Virus record (IMG/VR): IMGVR_UViG_3300011616_000001 | Location: 20,730-84,729 of that record | Source of the DNA: a virus | Taxonomy: Duplodnaviria > Caudoviricetes | Direction: 5' to 3' (one strand) | DNA: 64,000 nt | Shown: positions 57,640 to 64,000 of the stretch, piece by piece | Position numbering within the stretch: position 1 is the first letter of the stretch | Layout: each line of letters opens with the position of its first letter | The notes under the pieces: generated by a model | Database searches by the model: none | What the model was told of the DNA's origin: nothing | The model's input: only the letters and a program-made list of their open reading frames with translations | Translations under genes and position numbers: made by a program

Positions 57640-58806
57640 ATGGGCACTGGTTTGGCAATTAAGGATATTGAATTTAATGGAGCAGTATTGAAAGCAGCCC
57701 AAGATATACATAATAAAATTTGGGTAGGTGTGTCATATATTTGCAATGGACTAGGATTATCTAAGTCACAGAAGGATACACAGATTCAAAAAATACAGTC
57801 GGATGAGTTGTTATCTGAGGGGTGCTTGAAATTTCAAGCAGGGGTGTTTGATGCTAATAACGAAACTCTTTCACTAGAGTTGGATTATTTACCAGCGTGG
57901 CTATTCAAGATTAATATAACACCAAAGATGAGGCAGGAAAATCCGGAATTAGCAGAACGATTGAAAACATATCAGCTAAAGGCTAAGGATGTGTTGGCTG
58001 AAGCATTTTTGAGAAAAGAGAAGCAAGTACCGGCAGCAGGACGGCAGTCAATTCAATTGGAGTTACCTGAATATCCGAATTATGAAACGGATTTTCAGAG
58101 CCTAAATCAGAAAATTGATAAACTGTATTCTGATATGGGGGTCTTTGTCAACGTGATGTTAGAATGGAAAAAAACATTTGACAATGCGCCAAAGGCTATT
58201 GATAGTGTGATTCAGGAAGCCAGTGAGGTCATGATGGGATTGTCTGCTGGAGAATTGATCAATGACTGTAGAAATTGGAAAGCTCGGATGTACCGGATGA
58301 TGGATCAGTTGATAAAGTTAGATCCACAATTCCGGAGTAGAGAATCCGTTCTGTATTACATGTATGACTTTATAAACCGCAAGTATGGAATTGTGTGGGA
58401 TCAGGAACGAAGAGATTATAAGGAAAAATATGCTTGCGAACGGCTACCATCCAAAATTGATGTTGTCTATGACAATGAGATGTATAAATCAATGTTTGAA
58501 ACAATACTATTTGATCTGGTAGAAAATACAAAGCTTGCCAAAACGGTTGATTTGAGTGATCGAGATATTGATCAGATAATAGCGCCCCTGGTTGCAAAAA
58601 GAGGCGACAAAAGCAAATATGGATGTGCTACATACCGAATTGTATATGCTCATATGCAGAAGGAATATAAAGTAGGGTGGAAACATTACCGATCAAGATA
58701 TATCCGGGAGCATGGTGTTGAGCCATCAAAGAAGGATATGATTGCTAACAAGGAAAGACTGGTTAAGCTTTTTAGAAGCTCAGTAAGTGATCTTTTGTCC
58801 GAGTAG
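57640..58806 (+). CDS. Phage antirepressor (P22 Ant N-terminal domain) fusion
   Basis: IEFNG...IWVGVSYICNGLGL...QIQKI...LPAWLFKIN...YQLKAKDVLAEAF. Confidence 0.85.
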   Translation: MGTGLAIKDIEFNGAVLKAAQDIHNKIWVGVSYICNGLGLSKSQKDTQIQKIQSDELLSEGCLKFQAGVFDANNETLSLELDYLPAWLFKINITPKMRQENPELAERLKTYQLKAKDVLAEAFLRKEKQVPAAGRQSIQLELPEYPNYETDFQSLNQKIDKLYSDMGVFVNVMLEWKKTFDNAPKAIDSVIQEASEVMMGLSAGELINDCRNWKARMYRMMDQLIKLDPQFRSRESVLYYMYDFINRKYGIVWDQERRDYKEKYACERLPSKIDVVYDNEMYKSMFETILFDLVENTKLAKTVDLSDRDIDQIIAPLVAKRGDKSKYGCATYRIVYAHMQKEYKVGWKHYRSRYIREHGVEPSKKDMIANKERLVKLFRSSVSDLLSE

Positions 58807-58930
58807 TATGAAAACACGATTTTATATTAGTTGATTATGATTGCATTTTTGGAAAGCAATCAAAATTGGTTGCAATAAAGTGAGACTTTTATATCTTAGA
58901 AGAATAAATAAAAAAGAAGAGGAGAAATAT

Positions 58931-59575
58931 ATGCAGATTAGTGTTGAAGCGAAAGATGTAAAAAATGAGAATGGAAAGTTTGTCATTGAAATTGATTCGG
59001 CTGTTGTTAGTAAAATTTTAGGATTGTCAAAGACCAGGCTATCAGAGATTAGGCCAGGGCGAATTATTAAGGATTTGATAAATGTCGAGTACATAGTTTT
59101 GGAGCATTATAACAATACCTTAACAAGGGTTATTCGTAAAGATCTGCTGCCGGATTACAAAGTTTTCGATAATAAAAGTAATAATTTTGCGACCTCAGAT
59201 ATAAGAGACTATTTGAATGGCGATTATTTTGAAAGTGAAATTGTTCCTGGCTTTGGAAGAGACAATGTTATTCCTCATAATATTGACTTGCTGTCTTTAG
59301 ATGGTTTTGACGATTACGGTATTTGTACTGTAAATGTTGGGCTGCTGACAGTTGACGACTACCGGAAATATCACAAGAGATTCCTGACAGAAGATATGAA
59401 TAAATGGTGGTGGCTAGCAACTCCAGACTCAACTTCTTCCGGTTATGGCGGCCGCTGTGTCCGGTACGTCAACAGCTGCGGCTGGGTCGACTACAGTGAC
59501 TATGACTGCGGCAAGGGTGTGCGCCCGATTTTTATCTTAAAATCTAATATCTTTGTATCTCTGGTTGAGGAGTAG
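58931..59575 (+). CDS. DUF6273-like (C-type-lectin-fold) protein, candidate DGR target
   Basis: FDNKSNNFATSDIRDYLN, DLLSLDG, VGLLTVDDYRKY, WWWLATP...GVRP. Confidence 0.75.
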   Translation: MQISVEAKDVKNENGKFVIEIDSAVVSKILGLSKTRLSEIRPGRIIKDLINVEYIVLEHYNNTLTRVIRKDLLPDYKVFDNKSNNFATSDIRDYLNGDYFESEIVPGFGRDNVIPHNIDLLSLDGFDDYGICTVNVGLLTVDDYRKYHKRFLTEDMNKWWWLATPDSTSSGYGGRCVRYVNSCGWVDYSDYDCGKGVRPIFILKSNIFVSLVEE

Positions 59576-59656
59576 AACGAAGCCAGTAACAAAGGCTGCA
59601 AAGGCAGCTAGAATGGATTTGAAACACGAGATTCAAAGTGAAAAAAAGAAAAGGAG

Positions 59657-60151
59657 TTGGAAATAATGATCCAGGGAATTTGTTTTAAGGACGAAAGATT
59701 TGATAAAAAGAACAATACACTGTTTGAGTTGACTAATAATACCATTATTCTATGTGACAGAGTAGATATCAAAAGTACTCTGTTTAGAGACGTGTTGAAA
59801 ATATGCCAAGGGGAGCGCGAATTATCCACGGAGATAGATTATTGGACGAATCATGATAAGAAGCCTGAGATTTCGAAGATGGAAGTATCTTACCTTCCAA
59901 CTTCCGTGTTTTATGTAGATGAATTACAGCGGATTTGCATTACAAATGAAATGCCATGTATTCTACAAGCAAAAGAAATCAAAGATTTGTGGTTTGCTGT
60001 TAATGGTAAAGATGGTTTCATCAATGTCTATCCGCTAACAAGTTTTGAGAAATCAGATGAAATCTGGGACAGAGGAATTTGGGAGGTGTATCGTTGGGTA
60101 GCTAATGGAAGGTATGGTGGTGATTTTCATTATTGTAGTCAACTAAATTAA
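59657..60151 (+). CDS. Hypothetical protein
   Basis: RBS AAGGAG, TTG/ATG. Confidence 0.55.
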   Translation: MEIMIQGICFKDERFDKKNNTLFELTNNTIILCDRVDIKSTLFRDVLKICQGERELSTEIDYWTNHDKKPEISKMEVSYLPTSVFYVDELQRICITNEMPCILQAKEIKDLWFAVNGKDGFINVYPLTSFEKSDEIWDRGIWEVYRWVANGRYGGDFHYCSQLN

Positions 60152-60302
60152 TTTTTAGCGGGCTAAATCATATTGCCAACAGTGGCAAAACGATATAAAC
60201 ATACAAACATAGTGAAATTTTTAAAGGAGATTGATATGAACTTTTATGTAGAAACCTTGTTAAATATTGGAATTCATCACGATGAGGAAGGAGTAGAATA
60301 AT

Positions 60303-60449
60303 ATGGGGGAAATTATTGGATTTGTTGGTTGTGCGGGCTTTGCAGCATTTGCATTTTTTATATTGGTTGTTTTAGCTGACACGGCAACGACAAAAAATCA
60401 ACTGGAAATACCAGAGTACAAGGAACGTAAAGAGCCGAAGCCTGAATAG
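60303..60449 (+). CDS. Small single-TM peptide (48 aa)
   Basis: MGEIIGFVGCAGFAAFAFFILVVLAD...; RBS AAGGAG. Confidence 0.5.
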   Translation: MGEIIGFVGCAGFAAFAFFILVVLADTATTKNQLEIPEYKERKEPKPE

Positions 60450-60460
60450 GCTTCTTTTTT
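60437..60460 (+). terminator. Intrinsic terminator
   Basis: GAAGCCT-GAAT-AGGCTTC plus T6. Confidence 0.75.
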
Positions 60461-60626
60461 ATTGGAGGGAAAGTATGTATGAAATCGTATCTAGTTTTAT
60501 GGTGGCCGGAGTCTTGTGGTGTTGTATCCGGAATGAAAGATCTGTTTCAGCGATACCCGTAGATGATTACAACCGAATCGTCAGGGATCGGAAAAGAAGT
60601 GAAATGTCTCAGAGGAGGTGCGGAAT

Positions 60627-60920
60627 ATGAAAATCCACACAGTATATGTATGTGAGCAATGTGCCTTTGAGAGTAGATCTTTTGAGGAGATGGAGGAACA
60701 TGAGTCTATTCACTTAGGTTTGACTGTAAGAGAAATGCGCAGCTATATGAGTAAAAAATCATTCGTTACTTGGGCGGAGCAATATGCTAAAGATTTAGGC
60801 CAAAATAGCAATGATCCTAAGTATACCAGGATAAGGCAAGTGCATATGACGGCTATAGCAGCCCTTCAAAAATTTGAAAAGGTACATGGTTTGGCAGTCA
60901 CGGAGCATAAATCCATATAA
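60627..60920 (+). CDS. C2H2 Zn-finger hypothetical protein
   Basis: YVCEQCAF...EEHESIH; RBS GGAGG. Confidence 0.6.
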   Translation: MKIHTVYVCEQCAFESRSFEEMEEHESIHLGLTVREMRSYMSKKSFVTWAEQYAKDLGQNSNDPKYTRIRQVHMTAIAALQKFEKVHGLAVTEHKSI

Positions 60921-60998
60921 AAGTAAAGTTTTTATTATGGTAAAGACTTTTGAGATAGAGGGCAAAGATGTGAGAATGTTTTTATAAGAGGTGATTTT

Positions 60999-62036
60999 GT
61001 GAGTAAGTCAATCAAGGGCAAGATACTAGATAATATACTTGTGACGATGATGGATTACATAGATACCGATACACTCCACATGTTAGGGAGAGTAATCACA
61101 GATGAACTGATAGCGGTTAATGTGGAAGCAATTACTACGCTACCAGCAGAATATAAAAACACGGTTCAGGAAAAGAACAAATATGTTATTCAGTTGTTTC
61201 TAATTCGAAAGAAAAATCTTAAGCCAAAAACAAAGGAAGGCTATTTGAATGCCATTAAGCGGTTGATAACGTCGATCAATTATAAACCATTGGATGCCAT
61301 GGATGAGAACGATATTGACTGGTATTTAACAGCGTACGAACGCAGAAATGTATCTTCAGGTGGCAGAATTAACAAACCAGCTACGGTTAATAATGAGCGA
61401 CATTATCTATCAGCGTTTTTCAGTTGGATGAGAAGGGCTAAATTAATATCTGACAATCCGGTGGATGGCATTGAGCCGATAAAGGTGGTTCAGCCACCGA
61501 TTGATTATTATACAGCAGAAGAAATGGCACAAATGCGAGATGCATGTAGAAATATCCGAGAGAGGGCCATATTGGAAACATTTCGGTCAACTGGAGCCAG
61601 AGTCGGGGAAGTTTCTGAAATTAGACGAGATCAGGTAAATATGGATACTGGGGACATCCTGATCCTGAGTAAAAAAAGTGAATTGTATCGGATGATTTAT
61701 CTGGATGAGGATGCAAGGCATTATTACCGGCTATACCTTGAAAATCGATCCGATGACAGTCCTTATATGTTTGTTGGGTGTAGGGCGCCACATAGTAAAT
61801 TGAGCACAGATGCGTACCGAGGGATTTTCAAGGAGATTGGACTGCGGGCTGGAATAAAGACTAGAGTATACCCACATAAAATGAGGAAAACGCTGGGAAT
61901 GGGATTGAAAAACAAAGGTTGTGATCTGGGTACAATACAGGAGATTCTGGGACATAAGAATCCTATGGTGACAGCAATGTATTATGCACAAAGTACGCCA
62001 GACACATTGCGTCAGGTTCGATCAAGAGTTTTGTAA
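60999..62036 (+). CDS. Tyrosine recombinase (N-terminal SAM-like domain)
   Basis: STGARVGE, YPHKMRKT, ILGHKN, TAMYY intact. Confidence 0.92.
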   Translation: MSKSIKGKILDNILVTMMDYIDTDTLHMLGRVITDELIAVNVEAITTLPAEYKNTVQEKNKYVIQLFLIRKKNLKPKTKEGYLNAIKRLITSINYKPLDAMDENDIDWYLTAYERRNVSSGGRINKPATVNNERHYLSAFFSWMRRAKLISDNPVDGIEPIKVVQPPIDYYTAEEMAQMRDACRNIRERAILETFRSTGARVGEVSEIRRDQVNMDTGDILILSKKSELYRMIYLDEDARHYYRLYLENRSDDSPYMFVGCRAPHSKLSTDAYRGIFKEIGLRAGIKTRVYPHKMRKTLGMGLKNKGCDLGTIQEILGHKNPMVTAMYYAQSTPDTLRQVRSRVL

Positions 62037-62070
62037 CAAAAATTAATTAAGATTGATTGGAGAAATAGAA

Positions 62071-62367
62071 ATGTTTTTCGGAAGAAAAAAGGCAGATTAT
62101 GAGTTCCACAAGTTGGGGTACAATATAGCGTTTGTAGACGAAGAAGAACGCAAACACACAGGGGAGATCCTGTACGATTCAGATCATTTTGTCAGATATT
62201 CAAGATTTGATCATGATTACAAATATGTGCATTACATAGACTTATGCCATAAGAAATCTGGCAAGCACATCATACAATCGTATTCAGAAGATGGATATGT
62301 GGTTGGACTTGAGCCAAAACTTGCACTCTTGGCCATTCGAAAGATGAAAGAAAAGCGGTGGATTTAA
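62071..62367 (+). CDS. Hypothetical protein
   Basis: RBS GGAG, ATG 62071. Confidence 0.55.
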   Translation: MFFGRKKADYEFHKLGYNIAFVDEEERKHTGEILYDSDHFVRYSRFDHDYKYVHYIDLCHKKSGKHIIQSYSEDGYVVGLEPKLALLAIRKMKEKRWI

Positions 62368-62397
62368 CTAAATAAATTAAGATTGGAGGGGTGACAG

Positions 62398-62679
62398 ATG
62401 AAGATTATAAGACGTAAAAATCATGAATGGGCAAAGGATAAAAACGGGAAAGTAAATGAATTTGCAAGCAGTTATGAATATTGCAACGGTCCTCGGTGTA
62501 TCCATTGTTATCACTCATTTTGTGTCAATTGTAATCCCGATGGTTACAGTGATGCAGAAAAGGTGCCTTGTGAAAAACATGTGTGTCAAGATTGTGGTGA
62601 TAGCGTAAGCGTAACAGACAAGTTTTGCAGAAAATGCGGTGCAGATTTAGCGGAAAAAATTATTGAGGAAATGGATTGA
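62398..62679 (+). CDS. Zn-ribbon protein
   Basis: CNGPRCIHC...FCVNC...VCQDCG...FCRKCG. Confidence 0.65.
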   Translation: MKIIRRKNHEWAKDKNGKVNEFASSYEYCNGPRCIHCYHSFCVNCNPDGYSDAEKVPCEKHVCQDCGDSVSVTDKFCRKCGADLAEKIIEEMD

Positions 62680-62706
62680 GCAAATTAATTTTAGGAGGTA
62701 AAGCTT

Positions 62707-63219
62707 GTGTTAAAACCAGCACAGTCCTACAAAGAGGAACTGCTAAAAGAAATAGTAAACATGTGGTATGGTGAAAAAACCATGTACTGGAATAGTTCCT
62801 CGCATGATTCGATTATCTCATTATCAGAGGATAATTACTGGAGCCATCAGCTTGTGAGTGTAGATGTTAAAGGTGTATTGCAAGGGTACATTACATATGA
62901 GGTTGACAGAGTTGCGAATAAGGCCAGCGGTTTTGGTATCATAAGTTTTAATCGAAATCCTATGATATTTGCTGCTGATATAAAACAGGCAGTAATAGAT
63001 ATATTTATAAAATTCGGTTTTTCAAAGATTGAATTTTTTGCATATGCTGACAATCCGGCAATCAAAACTTACCGAAAGTTTATTGTTAAATATGGCGGTC
63101 GGGAAATAGGCGAATATAAGCGTACCGCAAGGCTGCAGGATGGCAAGTGGCATGATGGCGTTATGTTTGAACTGTTTCGTGAAGATTTCAAGCAACAAAA
63201 TTTTGATTTGGACAATTAG
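62707..63219 (+). CDS. GNAT (RimJ/RimL-like) acetyltransferase
   Basis: GYITY, KIEFFAYADNPAIKTYRKF...GGREIG...DGKWHD. Confidence 0.75.
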   Translation: MLKPAQSYKEELLKEIVNMWYGEKTMYWNSSSHDSIISLSEDNYWSHQLVSVDVKGVLQGYITYEVDRVANKASGFGIISFNRNPMIFAADIKQAVIDIFIKFGFSKIEFFAYADNPAIKTYRKFIVKYGGREIGEYKRTARLQDGKWHDGVMFELFREDFKQQNFDLDN

Positions 63220-63235
63220 TTTTAAGGAGTAAGAC

Positions 63236-63430
63236 ATGGATACATATACGATTATAGTTAGGGATGTTAAAAAGGATTGTGATAGAGCAATCGGATACGA
63301 AGATGGCAGTGATCTATTGGATGCACTGGACTGGCTGCCAGATAACAACGAACTGTTAGCAGTATTGTATAACGGCAAGTATCTTGAGGTGAGAACGTGG
63401 GAAGAGTTACGGAAGCACGTTTCGGGATAA
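63236..63430 (+). CDS. Hypothetical protein
   Basis: RBS AAGGAG. Confidence 0.5.
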   Translation: MDTYTIIVRDVKKDCDRAIGYEDGSDLLDALDWLPDNNELLAVLYNGKYLEVRTWEELRKHVSG

Positions 63431-63451
63431 TTAAGATTCTGGAGGTAAAAG

Positions 63452-63616
63452 ATGAATATCGCAAGAGATGCATACGAACGACATGTTTTAGCAGCTTTTT
63501 CAGCTGGGATGAATGCGGGTTATGGAATTGAGCACACAAATATCGAAGAAGAGGAAAAAGTTGCAATTGAGAAATATGCAGAACAACAAGGATTTAAACG
63601 AAAATCAGCAAATTAA
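63452..63616 (+). CDS. 54-aa hypothetical protein
   Basis: RBS GGAGG; open frame MNIARDAYERH... Confidence 0.5.
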   Translation: MNIARDAYERHVLAAFSAGMNAGYGIEHTNIEEEEKVAIEKYAEQQGFKRKSAN

Positions 63617-63639
63617 ATTTTAATGGAGGGTGAGAATGG

Positions 63640-63903
63640 GTGAACGATAATAAGTATTGCAATTGTCTTGTGGTGGCGCTACTGATGCGCATCAAATATG
63701 GGTATACAATTTTCTATGTTAAACCTAAAAAGAAAGACGGGTTGCCGCATTTTATTTGGTGGAACTACGATATAAAAAGTTATCAGCACTTTACTTTTGA
63801 TTTTAAATATAAACACTGGTATAGACTGCTGTGGTTTAAGGGGCATGTTGATGTGTTTCCGACAGCGTTTTTTGAGAGTGTCAAAGCAGTGAAACTATTT
63901 TAG
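63640..63903 (+). CDS. Hypothetical protein
   Basis: RBS GGAGGG; NCLVVAL...PHFIWW...WFKG. Confidence 0.55.
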   Translation: MNDNKYCNCLVVALLMRIKYGYTIFYVKPKKKDGLPHFIWWNYDIKSYQHFTFDFKYKHWYRLLWFKGHVDVFPTAFFESVKAVKLF

Positions 63904-63931
63904 TAAATTAAGATTTAACGGAGGGAACGAT

Positions 63932-64000
63932 ATGGATTATAGAGACAGGCGGTGCCCGCACTGCGGACGGACAAATGGGTTATATACAAAATATACTTAC
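63932..64000 (+). CDS. Hypothetical protein, 5' fragment
   Basis: RBS GGAGGG then ATG; runs off the window. Confidence 0.4.
   Translation, partial: MDYRDRRCPHCGRTNGLYTKYTY

Noticed and set aside
1-64000. CRISPR arrays, tRNA, rRNA and IS transposases
   Set aside because: No regularly spaced repeat-spacer units, cloverleaf/T-loop signatures, rRNA sequence or transposase motifs were recognised by eye; a tRNAscan/CRISPR scan could still find something missed.

Overview
The whole window is part of a large SPbeta-like temperate siphophage genome from a Bacillota host (a Clostridia/Lachnospiraceae-like host is inferred); no host housekeeping genes are seen. The minus strand from ~44.1 kb to ~0.95 kb carries a middle/late block in SPbeta-like order: Bro-N protein, wHTH protein, CoiA-like nuclease, YonO-like RNA polymerase, phosphoesterase, HU, tyrosine recombinase, holin, terminase, portal, scaffold, capsid, neck and tail genes, and tape measure (TMP). 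The plus strand from ~46 kb carries XRE regulators, a ~1.2 kb structured non-coding leader and a long early array of small genes (ArdA, HicAB, antirepressor, DUF6273, tyrosine recombinase, GNAT). Main result: the three TMP-like ORF fragments join into one 2772-aa TMP (exons 16831-15120, 13327-12976, 9315-3061) if two group I introns are removed; both have internal guide sequences that match the ligated exons. Intron 1 (1792 nt) carries a homing endonuclease. Intron 2 (3660 nt) has no endonuclease and instead carries cargo (HD phosphohydrolase, small wHTH-like protein, antisense Zn-ribbon gene), an internal terminator, an 18-bp P10 helix and an altered P7. Other points: a tail-fibre shufflon (17-bp inverted sites), an Agr-like kinase and LytTR regulator on opposite sides of TMP, at least five genes with apparent ATA/ATT/ATC starts, repeated junction motifs in the early array, a DGR-like variable region and a candidate packaging/origin region. 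All family calls come from motif recognition by eye; no database searches or folding computations were run.
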